Part shown: positions 51,824 to 61,364 of the stretch, one piece after another | How the letters are laid out: every line of letters begins with the position of its first letter | Position numbering within the stretch: position 1 is the first letter of the stretch | Sequence record: OQ067375.1 | Reading direction: 5' to 3' (one strand) | Source of the DNA: Escherichia phage a48 | DNA length: 64,000 nucleotides | Made by a program: the position numbers and the translations under genes | Notes under the pieces: model-generated | Told to the model about the DNA's origin: nothing | Database searches by the model: none | Seen by the model: the letters and a program-made list of their open reading frames with translations, nothing else

Positions 51824-53143
51824 TCACACATAAAATACGTCATAACGACCACGGGTAACACCAACATAAAGAAGTTGTTGAGCCAATTCAGCATCTGCAT
51901 AATGAATACAAGGCGTATAAATGAAAGCACGGTCTACAGACATACCCTGAGCTTTATGGAATGTTGATGCAGGAAGTGCTTTCACTTTACTAAACTGTGA
52001 TTTAGCATCCCAAAAATCACTCCACGGAGCTTTTCCGCCTTTGTTCCAATTTTTATAAGTTTCTGCCGTTTTACCTAAAAATAAGTTAAACTTATACAGC
52101 TCTTCATCAGATGAAATTATTTTAATCTTTTCACGATAATATTCGTCATCGCCGTAAGTTTCTACTGTTAAATCCCAATGACGAATTAGATATTCTCCAG
52201 AAACACCACGAGCTTTAACAAATGTTGATGTATACTCTGCTTCTATAATACGAACTAATTGTCCGTTATTAAAAATAATTTCTGACACAGGCTTTCCATC
52301 AATTTTATATGTTTTAATTAATGGTTCCTGCATTACAATAATTTCACCAACGATAAAATCTTTATCAGTTTCAAAAATCTTTTTGCGAATAATGCTATTT
52401 AACTTATCAACAGATTTATTCGTAAATGCCATTACGCGATTTTCAAACAAATCGTCTAGTGATTTTACGATTGAAAAATAATTTACCATAAAATCGCGTA
52501 AAGCGGTATCACCAGTAAATCCACGTACTCCATGCCCGTCAACAACTTTATCATAAATCCACTTACCGTTGCGAACATCAGTAGCTACATCAATAATAGG
52601 AGCATTACTGCGTTTAACTTCAGTGAGTTCACACTGATAAAAATCTTTATGTGTAAAGAATGGACTGATATAAGCAGTGTTTTCTCCTGGGTCAACAGGT
52701 CTAATTTGCTTATTATCGCCTATTCCAATTATAGTACACCAAGGTGGAATAGTTGAAAGCAGAATTTTAAATAGCTTTCTATCATACATTGACACTTCGT
52801 CGCAGATTAATACCCTGCATTTAGCTAAATCTGGTACTTCCTTCTGTTCAAAAAGAACGTTTTCTTCATACGTAACTGGGTTAATTTTAAGAATACTGTG
52901 AATAGTACTCGCTTCTTTCCCCGACAGTTTTGAAAGAATCTTTTTAGCTGCATGTGTAGGAGCTGCTAAAATAATACCAGTTTCACCCGTAGATATTAAA
53001 GCTTCAATGATGAACTTAGTAAGAGTAGTCTTACCAGTACCAGCAGGTCCATTAATAGTTACATGATGTTTCTTTTCTTTAATAGCCCTCATAACGATGT
53101 TAAAGGCATTTTTCTGGCCTTCTGTCAAATCATCAAATGTCAT
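51824..53143 (-). CDS. dda: Dda DNA helicase (SF1)
   Basis: 439-aa ORF with Walker A GPAGTGKTT. Confidence 0.95.
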   Translation of the reverse strand: MTFDDLTEGQKNAFNIVMRAIKEKKHHVTINGPAGTGKTTLTKFIIEALISTGETGIILAAPTHAAKKILSKLSGKEASTIHSILKINPVTYEENVLFEQKEVPDLAKCRVLICDEVSMYDRKLFKILLSTIPPWCTIIGIGDNKQIRPVDPGENTAYISPFFTHKDFYQCELTEVKRSNAPIIDVATDVRNGKWIYDKVVDGHGVRGFTGDTALRDFMVNYFSIVKSLDDLFENRVMAFTNKSVDKLNSIIRKKIFETDKDFIVGEIIVMQEPLIKTYKIDGKPVSEIIFNNGQLVRIIEAEYTSTFVKARGVSGEYLIRHWDLTVETYGDDEYYREKIKIISSDEELYKFNLFLGKTAETYKNWNKGGKAPWSDFWDAKSQFSKVKALPASTFHKAQGMSVDRAFIYTPCIHYADAELAQQLLYVGVTRGRYDVFYV

Positions 53144-53451
53144 CGGAAAGTCCCTGCAATTGGAATACTAACAATACGCCCAGTATCTAGAATTCGTTGA
53201 TATAATCTTTGTGTATCTACATCAGGCTTAACATGTTTAACTTCTATTTTATTAAACCAAAACTTGCGTGGAGTCTCAACTAGTCTTGGAATTCCCATAC
53301 CTAAAGCTAGTTTATATTGGTCTTTGAGAGTAGTAAAAACTCTATCAGCAATCTCTCTTTCAAAAAACACAGCAGGACGATGTTCATCAAGTGGAACTGG
53401 CGCCGTAAATCCGTCTTTGTCTCGGTAAACTATCGCATACACATAAACCAT
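53140..53451 (-). CDS. hypothetical protein
   Basis: 103-aa ORF, ATGA-coupled to dda. Confidence 0.45.
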   Translation of the reverse strand: MVYVYAIVYRDKDGFTAPVPLDEHRPAVFFEREIADRVFTTLKDQYKLALGMGIPRLVETPRKFWFNKIEVKHVKPDVDTQRLYQRILDTGRIVSIPIAGTFR

Positions 53452-53452
53452 A

Positions 53453-54199
53453 TTATCCTCGGATAAGTTTAAAAATTGAACAATTTAGCGGGTATCCTCT
53501 TTTCAGTTTAAGTTTATCAATAAAAGACAAGTTTTGATACCGCTCTACACCTTGAATAATTTTATCACACATATCATATTGCATTTCTGCTTCTGACAAC
53601 TTTTTCACAATTTTCCAATCCGAGCCTTTAAGAAGAACGTTCAGTTTAACAACTTCAGCGCCTTCTGCTATGCGAGAACCATCAATACGAGCTTTAAGTG
53701 CTATAATTCTTAGCTTAATGTCAGAGGTCTGTTTTGATTTAGAAAGCTGAGAAATGTGTTCAATTCGATTTTCACGCTTTTTCTGTATAGCTTTAATTTG
53801 ATTATAAGTCTTTTTGATTTTAGCCCATTTCTTTTCATCTAAATTTAGTTTATGAACTTTTTTCGCAGATGAACGACCAATTCGCAAAGCAAATAAATCC
53901 CGTTTTTCAATCAACTCTTCTAAAGTATAATCAGAACGAAATGTATTATACTTTTTCTTTACTGCAATAACATTCCCTTTAATGTATCCAATGTTATTAT
54001 CAAAACGTTCTAATGATAATTTCTCTCCTTCAATACGATTATCAAAAGGTTCTCCTGAATAGGCACAAACTTTTTGATCTAAAATATTCTTAATGTAATT
54101 GAAGTCTAAGTTAAAATCTTTAGAACGTCTTTTTGCAGATGCCTGAGTGTGCTCTAAACGACGTTTAATTTTACGAATTTGATTATTAGACAGTTTCAT
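53453..54199 (-). CDS. Srd-like protein
   Basis: 248-aa basic ORF at T4 srd position between dda and modA; size close to recalled Srd. Confidence 0.5.
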   Translation of the reverse strand: MKLSNNQIRKIKRRLEHTQASAKRRSKDFNLDFNYIKNILDQKVCAYSGEPFDNRIEGEKLSLERFDNNIGYIKGNVIAVKKKYNTFRSDYTLEELIEKRDLFALRIGRSSAKKVHKLNLDEKKWAKIKKTYNQIKAIQKKRENRIEHISQLSKSKQTSDIKLRIIALKARIDGSRIAEGAEVVKLNVLLKGSDWKIVKKLSEAEMQYDMCDKIIQGVERYQNLSFIDKLKLKRGYPLNCSIFKLIRG

Positions 54200-54234
54200 A
54201 TTTTTCTCACATCTTACGGACGATTGACTACTAT

Positions 54235-54264
54235 ACTATAACATTTTTACCTTGGCTTGTAAAC
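54235..54264 (-). promoter_or_regulatory. T-even early-type promoter
   Basis: -35 GTTTAC (54264..54259), 18-bp spacer, -10 TATAGT (54240..54235). Confidence 0.5.
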
Positions 54265-54320
54265 AATTTTATGAAAAATGCTTCAAAAATTTCATGGTAT
54301 AATGAATCTAAGTCCTTCCA

Positions 54321-54923
54321 TTATAGATTAAATCCTTCAAAATCAAGAGTATAGATAGTGTATGTTGAATACTTTTTATACTCATATCTATCTGCAATTC
54401 TAAATACACTTCCAGCTGGTATCATTACTTCTTGTTCATCTGAAACTAATTCCATATTACGATAACGATGGCTATCCGGAAACTTAAAGTTTGGATTGTA
54501 TTCTTTACAGCGCAGAGCTTTTATAGCATACTCCTGGAAATTGAATACCATAGGAGCTTTGAATTCAAAAATAACTTGTGTGTTATACTCTAAACCGGAA
54601 GCAAAATGTAGAGCTATATTTTTATCATATGAAGCTGATACGACTTTATCAAATGTAATAATATCAATTCCTTGATTTAATACTTGTTTAGTCTCAGCTG
54701 GAACACCTCTCCAAAGAGGTTTATCGTTTGGTTCCAAACGAGATTTGATTATTTCATTTAACCAAGTATGGTCATCTGGTTTATTAGTAATACAATGAAT
54801 TAAAAGTTCAATTTCAGATAAATTAAACCCTTCAGAAAGTAATTCTTCACGAATAGAAGCACGCACCGATGCATCCATTGATTTTATTTTAAAATCTTTT
54901 AGTTGCATTACTGAGTATTTCAT
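54321..54923 (-). CDS. modA: ModA ADP-ribosyltransferase
   Basis: 200-aa ORF with ART-like R (LWRG), S-x-S (SAS) and ExE (EQEVMIP) motifs. Confidence 0.75.
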   Translation of the reverse strand: MKYSVMQLKDFKIKSMDASVRASIREELLSEGFNLSEIELLIHCITNKPDDHTWLNEIIKSRLEPNDKPLWRGVPAETKQVLNQGIDIITFDKVVSASYDKNIALHFASGLEYNTQVIFEFKAPMVFNFQEYAIKALRCKEYNPNFKFPDSHRYRNMELVSDEQEVMIPAGSVFRIADRYEYKKYSTYTIYTLDFEGFNL

Positions 54924-55543
54924 TCAACTACCTCAATATCATATACTTTAAATGTTCCAAATGAATCGTGTAATTTTTCTTTTGAAATAGAAGTTATTCT
55001 ATACTTTCCAATTGGAATCATCCATTCTTGTTCACGCACAATCATCATTAAGTTATCAGTACGCTCTGAATCTAATCCATCAGTATCTTCATACGTGTAC
55101 TTAAACTCAGTATTAGGAGAAGAAAGTATAATATCGCTGATATGGTCAGAATAATTAAAAGCTTTATTAGTTTTTAAGCGAAGTATTATTTTAGTAAAAT
55201 ATTCAGCGTAAGAAAAAGAACATGCTGTGAACAAACTAGTAGTAAATGAATCTACTCTATTCGTTGAAAACACTTCTCCAACTTGTAAATCTTTAATAAG
55301 TTCTTCTGTTGATTTTGATATACCACGATATAACTGATAAGGAGATTTAGTTAAATGCTTTTTAATGATTTTATTCAACTGCCTATGAAGAGCTTCATTC
55401 TTTTTGGCTTCCATACATTGCCAAAGAACTGACTGCTCAAAGTCAGTAAATTTTTCACAGACCTTTTTATACATATCATATTGAAAATCAACGCTTTCAG
55501 CTTTTATAGATAACTGTTCAACATCTGCAAGATTAATAATCAT
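54920..55543 (-). CDS. modB: ModB ADP-ribosyltransferase
   Basis: 207-aa paralogue of ModA with LYRG and EQEWMIP motifs. Confidence 0.75.
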   Translation of the reverse strand: MIINLADVEQLSIKAESVDFQYDMYKKVCEKFTDFEQSVLWQCMEAKKNEALHRQLNKIIKKHLTKSPYQLYRGISKSTEELIKDLQVGEVFSTNRVDSFTTSLFTACSFSYAEYFTKIILRLKTNKAFNYSDHISDIILSSPNTEFKYTYEDTDGLDSERTDNLMMIVREQEWMIPIGKYRITSISKEKLHDSFGTFKVYDIEVVE

Positions 55544-55569
55544 GATAGCCTCCGTATACTTCAGAAGCT

Positions 55570-55599
55570 ATCATATCATCGTTAGAAAGGAAAGTAAAC
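55570..55599 (-). promoter_or_regulatory. T-even early-type promoter
   Basis: -35 GTTTAC (55599..55594), 18-bp spacer, -10 TATGAT (55575..55570). Confidence 0.5.
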
Positions 55600-55610
55600 A
55601 ACTTTTTGAA

Positions 55611-55793
55611 TTATTTTGCCCAAGGAGCCCAAGGCGGAGGGTCAAGATGGTATGAAGCTAGTTCTTCTAGAAGAGCATCTGGGGCTTCAATTCCATAATT
55701 CTGTAATACTATACGGTACTCTTTCTTATAATCACTAGAATCATTCTGGATATTCGTAGAATGATTATCTTCTAACATCTCAAATAAATCCAT
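55611..55793 (-). CDS. hypothetical acidic protein
   Basis: 60-aa ORF. Confidence 0.4.
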   Translation of the reverse strand: MDLFEMLEDNHSTNIQNDSSDYKKEYRIVLQNYGIEAPDALLEELASYHLDPPPWAPWAK

Positions 55794-55801
55794 ACTAATT
55801 C

Positions 55802-56272
55802 CTAGCGATAAAAACCAAATTGACGATTAGCTTCAATAATCTTTCTTTCTTCTTCGGACATTCTCCAGCGTAGTCCAACATCAAAATGAGCCCAGACCAT
55901 CTTAACAAATGCATTTATATCTTTAATATCTTCAATAATGAATGTTTTACTTTTCGAAGGTTGACTCGCTAATTTAACTTTATCATCTTCAAACAGGTCA
56001 AAAAGACCATATTCATGAGCTCTTTTATAGCCTTTAATAGTTAAAGCTTCAGAAGAAGAAAACGGTGAATCAGTATTCTGCAAAATATCTTCAGTATGCT
56101 TTATAATTAGAATAACATTTTCTGGATATTTTCTTTCTTTTATATCTTCAATTAAAAAATCCGGATTTTCTGCTAAAGGAATAATTAATGAGCATTTTTT
56201 ACCAAGAGTATTTACTGATTTACCTTCTTTAGACATAAATTCTATTGAATAATGTTTTGCTACTTCAATCAT
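55802..56272 (-). CDS. hypothetical protein
   Basis: 156-aa ORF. Confidence 0.45.
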   Translation of the reverse strand: MIEVAKHYSIEFMSKEGKSVNTLGKKCSLIIPLAENPDFLIEDIKERKYPENVILIIKHTEDILQNTDSPFSSSEALTIKGYKRAHEYGLFDLFEDDKVKLASQPSKSKTFIIEDIKDINAFVKMVWAHFDVGLRWRMSEEERKIIEANRQFGFYR

Positions 56273-56425
56273 GCGATTTCCTTTTGCCTACTAATGGACC
56301 GTCAGGAATTTTGTTTTCCTGGATATATTTCTCATTTTCTTCCATCATTTTACTACCGATTTTAAGAAGCAAATCCATTGCTTCATTTGCTTTAGCTTTA
56401 GCCTCTTCTAATATCATATCTCTGT

Positions 56426-56629
56426 TCACGATTTATCCCCATAGATGTCTCTCATTAATTTAAGCGCTGAGCGTTCTAATTTCTTTTCTTTCTCAGCACT
56501 AATCATTGATTTCATCCATTCTTCCGATTCGTTCTGCATTTCTTTATTTGCTTGTTCAACCCAACCATCATCAATATACATCGAGTTTGGTCTATTGAAC
56601 CATTCAAGCATCTTCTTCAGAGCTTTCAT
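56426..56629 (-). CDS. hypothetical protein
   Basis: 67-aa ORF. Confidence 0.4.
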   Translation of the reverse strand: MKALKKMLEWFNRPNSMYIDDGWVEQANKEMQNESEEWMKSMISAEKEKKLERSALKLMRDIYGDKS

Positions 56630-57101
56630 TTGTTTTACCTAAAACAACAGTAGGAGCATCATCAAATTCATGAATTTTGAGCAAATTTGGATGTAAACTA
56701 TTCCATACAGAAGAAATAAAGTATGATAAAGCATCTTCACTCGCAATTATAAATTTATTTCCTTTATCTATTTTCCAACTATATACTGAATCGTACGAAT
56801 AAAAAGATAAAGGTTTATTATTATATTGTTCTGCGCTAACATTAATGTATTCTGATTTAGTAAATGCTTCAATTGCTCTAAACGGAATATTTGGTACAGT
56901 TTCAATAATACCAATCTTTTTAAGTTTTATTTCAGCATCTTCTGGAACTGGCATTGAAACGAAATTTTCTACGAGATACATTGGGTCACAATAACCCTTA
57001 TCAATCATTACTGCTACGGTAATTGGAACGTCTTTAGCAAACGACAAACTATTACTGCTAATATACATTTCAAACAAAATCGCTTCCATAATTTTCCTCA
57101 A
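56604..57101 (-). CDS. hypothetical protein
   Basis: 165-aa ORF. Confidence 0.45.
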   Translation of the reverse strand: MRKIMEAILFEMYISSNSLSFAKDVPITVAVMIDKGYCDPMYLVENFVSMPVPEDAEIKLKKIGIIETVPNIPFRAIEAFTKSEYINVSAEQYNNKPLSFYSYDSVYSWKIDKGNKFIIASEDALSYFISSVWNSLHPNLLKIHEFDDAPTVVLGKTNESSEEDA

Positions 57102-57439
57102 TCACAAGATGTAGATGAACAACTAGAATCACAAGAACTTCCACATGAATCGCCCGTCCATACATGAACAGGAACATTAGTATCATATGAATCAGAACTA
57201 GACTGTGTATTCTGTGTGTTAGATGATGCAGTAGGTGTTGACCAGCGCCAAGGATTTTTATAATATTCTTGGGCTTCTTCATAAGTCATAGTAACTGCTT
57301 CTACTGTTCCATCTCCCATATAAACATATTCAACTACAGTTAAAGGAAGGTAGTCATTTGAAATAGGAACTACACCTTCTCCAGGAGTCGTAGAGAAAAA
57401 ATCCGTAAAGAAACTTTTAAACCAATTAAAGATAAACAT
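57098..57439 (-). CDS. hypothetical protein with Cys/Ser-rich C-terminus
   Basis: 113-aa ORF ending [18 protein letters not shown]. Confidence 0.45.
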   Translation of the reverse strand: MFIFNWFKSFFTDFFSTTPGEGVVPISNDYLPLTVVEYVYMGDGTVEAVTMTYEEAQEYYKNPWRWSTPTASSNTQNTQSSSDSYDTNVPVHVWTGDSCGSSCDSSCSSTSCD

Positions 57440-57645
57440 TACAAAAAGCCTCTCTTGAATTCGACTTGCTTCTCACCATAATCATATCGAATTTCTGCAT
57501 TAAATTCGACAGAACCATCTGCGTACATCATAAATGAATGCACAACAACTTCTGTAGACCATGGTTGCAGTTCATATTTCTTCATTACATGCCGTGAAAT
57601 GATAATATCTAAATCTTCATTTGGTTTAATCCAACGATTTAACAT
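57439..57645 (-). CDS. hypothetical protein
   Basis: 68-aa ORF; early promoter upstream. Confidence 0.45.
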   Translation of the reverse strand: MLNRWIKPNEDLDIIISRHVMKKYELQPWSTEVVVHSFMMYADGSVEFNAEIRYDYGEKQVEFKRGFL

Positions 57646-57671
57646 AGTGCTCTCCTCTATAAGATAATTCT

Positions 57672-57701
57672 ATTATACCATACTCGTTTTGGAAAGTAAA
57701 C
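57672..57701 (-). promoter_or_regulatory. T-even early-type promoter
   Basis: -35 GTTTAC (57701..57696), 18-bp spacer, -10 TATAAT (57677..57672). Confidence 0.5.
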
Positions 57702-57710
57702 CATTTAAAT

Positions 57711-57735
57711 GAAAAAAGGACTCCCGAAGGAGTCC
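57711..57735 (-). terminator. rho-independent terminator downstream of soc
   Basis: GGACTCC-ttcg-GGAGTCC hairpin followed on minus strand by TTTTTTCATTT; same stem-loop sequence as at 2806..2823. Confidence 0.6.
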
Positions 57736-57741
57736 TTGAAT

Positions 57742-57987
57742 TTATTCACCAGTTACTTTCCACAAATCTTCATTTGCAGCAATCCATTCAGTACGTTGAT
57801 TTTCTTCATATACTGTAGAATAGGCTGCTTTTTCTGAAGGGAATGTCTGATAATGAGCACCAGAAATTTTGTGAACGTCAGAATAAAGAGGGAAAGCTAC
57901 AGAAATTTCCTTTCCTTCAATTTTCTTATTTCCATCTAATTTTTGCTCAAATGTTTTAATATTAACATAACCGCGAGTACTAGCCAT
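57742..57987 (-). CDS. soc: Soc small outer capsid protein
   Basis: 81-aa ORF MASTRGYVNIKTFEQKLDGNKKIEGKEISVAFPLYSDVHKISGAHYQTF... Confidence 0.9.
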   Translation of the reverse strand: MASTRGYVNIKTFEQKLDGNKKIEGKEISVAFPLYSDVHKISGAHYQTFPSEKAAYSTVYEENQRTEWIAANEDLWKVTGE

Positions 57988-58003
57988 GTAATTCTCCTTT
58001 TAT

Positions 58004-58213
58004 TTAAATTACATGATTATTTATAATAAATTCTCGCGGAACGTTAAAATACCCGATTTTAGTTAATATAACAACATCGCCGTTAATAATTACCGGAGAA
58101 TAATCTTCTGGAGCATTAAATTTCCAATGGGCTCTAATATTATATCCATCAGAACCAAATGCTCGAGTAGCTGGTCTCCCAGCTTTTTGCCATGCGTAGA
58201 AATCAAATTTCAT
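58004..58213 (-). CDS. hypothetical protein
   Basis: 69-aa ORF between soc and 56. Confidence 0.45.
   Translation of the reverse strand: MKFDFYAWQKAGRPATRAFGSDGYNIRAHWKFNAPEDYSPVIINGDVVILTKIGYFNVPREFIINNHVI
58018..58025 (-). promoter_or_regulatory. late promoter TATAAATA for soc
   Basis: Exact TATAAATA on minus strand 31 nt upstream of soc ATG with SD AGGAG between. Confidence 0.45.
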
Positions 58214-58404
58214 TTTGAATGCTCTATAATTAATTTTAAAGCTTCTTCACTGACAAAAATTTCGTCAGGACCTTCTATAACTTCAACCATACGAAGTTGA
58301 TTAGTTAAGAGCTCACATACGAGCTCCTTGTTATAATCTTTAAATAGCTGGTCAATACGTTTCTTATGGGCTTTCTTAAGCTGACGCTTATTTAAACGAG
58401 CCAT
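58210..58404 (-). CDS. hypothetical protein
   Basis: 64-aa basic ORF, ATGA-coupled. Confidence 0.45.
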   Translation of the reverse strand: MARLNKRQLKKAHKKRIDQLFKDYNKELVCELLTNQLRMVEVIEGPDEIFVSEEALKLIIEHSK

Positions 58405-58922
58405 TAATAACCTCGGTCTTGACGAGCGAAGTTTTCAGCATTTTTCAGGTAATAAAGTTTAAAGATTTCTTCAGCTGACATTCCAAGAGCAATAAATTTA
58501 TTCATGAAAAAGTGAAATTGGTCAATCAGTTCAAATTTAATTTCAAGCTGATCTTCAGGAGATAAATCTTGAATTTTCTTGGATTGCATTTCAGAATAAC
58601 GTTTCTTCCAAGGTTTCCATACAGCAGAAGCTTCTTTTTCACCATTACTCATACCACCAAGAGAAGTATATAGTTCGCGAGTTTCATCTGCGATATAATC
58701 GTCTTGGTTTCGCAACCAAGCAAGAACTTCTCCTGCGGTTTCAAGTGAATCAGGATGACGATTTGTTTCTGGTTTATCATTAGCCAAACGAATCTGTAAA
58801 TGCCGCTGCATATCAAGCATAACCTGCAGTGGGTCAATATTGTGCATAATATTCTCAGCATATGCACGATTTGCTTTATCAACACCTTCGATCAAATGAG
58901 CACATTCATTAAAGTAAGCCAT
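58404..58922 (-). CDS. 56: dCTP pyrophosphatase (dCTPase)
   Basis: Trimmed to ATG 58922..58920 (MAYFNECAHLIEGVDKANRAYAENIMH...) with SD AAAGGAAA; 172 aa, MazG-like; position next to soc. Confidence 0.8.
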   Translation of the reverse strand: MAYFNECAHLIEGVDKANRAYAENIMHNIDPLQVMLDMQRHLQIRLANDKPETNRHPDSLETAGEVLAWLRNQDDYIADETRELYTSLGGMSNGEKEASAVWKPWKKRYSEMQSKKIQDLSPEDQLEIKFELIDQFHFFMNKFIALGMSAEEIFKLYYLKNAENFARQDRGY

Positions 58923-58993
58923 TATTTTTCCTTTCAATTCATGGGTTAGTAGATTAATTATACAATAAATATATAAAGCAATAAGGAGGACAT

Positions 58994-59050
58994 ATGGTAC
59001 AAAAATTAATGGCACTTGTTAATGCCATAAAAGGTAATAAAAACGTATAG
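58994..59050 (+). CDS. plus-strand mini-ORF (18 aa) with strong Shine-Dalgarno
   Basis: AAGGAGG at 58983..58989 then ATG 58994; MVQKLMALVNAIKGNKNV; may be regulatory or not expressed. Confidence 0.25.
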   Translation: MVQKLMALVNAIKGNKNV

Positions 59051-59067
59051 CTTTTACTATTTCTGCT

Positions 59068-59193
59068 ATGGTAGGAATTTTACTCTGGAACTTTATTCTA
59101 TCACCTGTTGCAATTGCGCATGGTATTAATATTCCAGTAGTTACTCTTGATACATTTGTAGATTTAGCATTTGCTTTAGTTGGGTTGATTTAA
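59068..59193 (+). CDS. plus-strand hydrophobic mini-ORF (41 aa)
   Basis: MVGILLWNFILSPVAIAHGINIPVVTLDTFVDLAFALVGLI; no clear SD; stop overlaps gene 61 stop on opposite strand. Confidence 0.25.
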   Translation: MVGILLWNFILSPVAIAHGINIPVVTLDTFVDLAFALVGLI

Positions 59194-60218
59194 ATCTTAG
59201 CATATTTAGATAGCCGCATTTTAGCCATCAACCCCTGGGCAATATTATTTTTCATATATTCCATAATTTGTTCAGGGGTTGCACCTTCCTTTCTAATCAT
59301 ATCATTGACATCTTTTGATTTCCAGGGAGATTTATCCCAAAACATAACCCTTTCTCCTGCATCAACTAATTTAGTCATTCGTTTGATAGTGTCAGGGTGA
59401 CGAGGTTCATTATCTAAAACCCACACTCGTCTATCTTTAAATGGAACAACTTCTAGGTCTAATTGACCACCTGTAATAGCTATACCATTTTCAATAAAAA
59501 GTGAATCTATAGGTCCTTCTAGAACATATACATCACCATCTTTAACTCGTTCAACACCGTAAATTTTTGTTGCCTCAGGATAAGCTTTAATGGTGATATA
59601 TTTTTGAGGAGCATCTTTCTTTAATGCACGTCCTTGAAAAGACTCAGCTTTTCCATTAGCATTATAAATTGGAATAACAAGACGAGGCTCAGAAATTTCC
59701 TTTTTGTATGTTCCCGGTGCTATACTATTAACTAATTTAGGCCATTCGGTTGTAAACCAAAGATATTTCCATTTATCCTTTGGAATACAACGAGCTTTTA
59801 CATATTTTATAATTGGATGGTCTTCCGCCAGTTTATCTAATCTAATGCATGACGGAAGAGATTTAATTATTTTCTTCTCAGGTTGTTTAGGAAGTTCTTT
59901 AGGTTTTTCTACTGGACGACTTTTACCTTTTTCTTTTCTTATTTCAAAGATATACTCACGATATAAATCAGGTTCAAACTCCTTTAAATATATTCCGATT
60001 GGTGCATGATAGTTACAGTTATAACAATGAATATTTCCTTCATTATTATCACCATAATACCATCCACGGGCTTTATTTTGGTCGGTTTTTGAATCTCCAC
60101 AAACAGGGCATCTAAACCGTAATTTAAAAGTTGAACTATTATTTACTTGTGTGAATTTAGGTAAATGAGCTAGCGCCCGGTATGCAAACTCATTATCAAT
60201 CCAAGGTATTGATGACAT
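59190..60218 (-). CDS. 61: gp61 DNA primase
   Basis: 342-aa ORF with N-terminal zinc ribbon (CPVCGDS...CYNC) and TOPRIM core. Confidence 0.95.
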   Translation of the reverse strand: MSSIPWIDNEFAYRALAHLPKFTQVNNSSTFKLRFRCPVCGDSKTDQNKARGWYYGDNNEGNIHCYNCNYHAPIGIYLKEFEPDLYREYIFEIRKEKGKSRPVEKPKELPKQPEKKIIKSLPSCIRLDKLAEDHPIIKYVKARCIPKDKWKYLWFTTEWPKLVNSIAPGTYKKEISEPRLVIPIYNANGKAESFQGRALKKDAPQKYITIKAYPEATKIYGVERVKDGDVYVLEGPIDSLFIENGIAITGGQLDLEVVPFKDRRVWVLDNEPRHPDTIKRMTKLVDAGERVMFWDKSPWKSKDVNDMIRKEGATPEQIMEYMKNNIAQGLMAKMRLSKYAKI

Positions 60219-60220
60219 TT

Positions 60221-60385
60221 TTACTCTTCTTTTTCTTTAGATTCCTCTTTTTTCTTTTTAGGAATCTGTTCAGGACCTTTATTTACTACAGCGCCTGACG
60301 TTGTTCCAGTAGAGATATTTTCAGGATTACCACCTGAATCTCCAGCGACCATATCTTCTTTGATAAATTCTTTAAACGTTTTCAT
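60221..60385 (-). CDS. hypothetical small protein (54 aa; 61.1 position)
   Basis: Unlisted ORF MKTFKEFIKEDMVAGDSGGNPENISTGTTSGAVVNKGPEQIPKKKKEESKEKEE; ends 3 nt upstream of gene 61 ATG. Confidence 0.4.
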   Translation of the reverse strand: MKTFKEFIKEDMVAGDSGGNPENISTGTTSGAVVNKGPEQIPKKKKEESKEKEE

Positions 60386-60386
60386 A

Positions 60387-61013
60387 TTAACCTCTATTCA
60401 TAAAAGCATTAAAAATTTGGTCATCAATAGAAACATTCACTTTAGACTGTTTTTCTGATGGTAATTCATATCCACATATTACAATTTTATGATCAATATC
60501 AAAATACACAGAAGCAATATGATTAATGATGTTTTCAGTAAAGTCTAAATCAACATCAATATCTTTTTGACCACAGCCCAAAGGATAAATAATGCGAGTA
60601 ATTCGATTATCTTTAACAAAGATTCCACCGATATACTCTGTGCTGCGTTCAAAGTCTACACGCCGACGAAATGAAAAATATTCAGGCTCTTTATGAGCTC
60701 GGCTCATAGGACACAACGAGTAACTAGAATAAGAGATGTCAAATCCTACGCCTTCAATATGAGCCAAATTATCATGATTAAACCAATTATAATCGTACGC
60801 CAAGTCCATTAGATTATAATATGTGAAAGGCACCGGATTAACATCACTAGTCGCAAGCATGTAATTAGCAACTGCTATAATTTCGTTGTTTTTAACGAAT
60901 ACAAACCGCGATTGATGCGAATGACCTGGACCTGCGCTTTCACGATTAATGATATAACACTGGGCACCTTTATATTTGTACGTGTCTTTGCACTTGTGCA
61001 TTTGATAAAGCAT
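60387..61013 (-). CDS. hypothetical protein (61.2 position)
   Basis: 208-aa ORF between 61.1-like ORF and sp. Confidence 0.5.
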   Translation of the reverse strand: MLYQMHKCKDTYKYKGAQCYIINRESAGPGHSHQSRFVFVKNNEIIAVANYMLATSDVNPVPFTYYNLMDLAYDYNWFNHDNLAHIEGVGFDISYSSYSLCPMSRAHKEPEYFSFRRRVDFERSTEYIGGIFVKDNRITRIIYPLGCGQKDIDVDLDFTENIINHIASVYFDIDHKIVICGYELPSEKQSKVNVSIDDQIFNAFMNRG

Positions 61014-61306
61014 TATTCACCTACCACTTCAGCGATGATATTTTTATTATTGAAGTTTTTATCGCAATACAAAACATAATTATACTGCATTACACCACCA
61101 GACTTAAGCTGTTTTTGTACTTCAGCTTTCATTTCAGGACGATCACGCTCAACGATATTCATAATATCCGCTTCAATTTGAGTTTCAACCTCAGTCTGAT
61201 CTGCAGTCATAGACCACTCACACAAATCTTTATCATAACCTGCCATAGCAGGCTGAGCAGTACAAGAAGCCAAAGCAAAAATTGCAGCAAAAACAAATTT
61301 TTTCAT
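61013..61306 (-). CDS. sp: Spackle periplasmic protein
   Basis: 97-aa ORF with cleavable signal peptide MKKFVFAAIFALASCTAQPAMA. Confidence 0.75.
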   Translation of the reverse strand: MKKFVFAAIFALASCTAQPAMAGYDKDLCEWSMTADQTEVETQIEADIMNIVERDRPEMKAEVQKQLKSGGVMQYNYVLYCDKNFNNKNIIAEVVGE

Positions 61307-61364
61307 GATAATCTCCTCAGTAGTTTATGTTTATAATAGTATCTCAATTTCCAACAAAAGTAAA

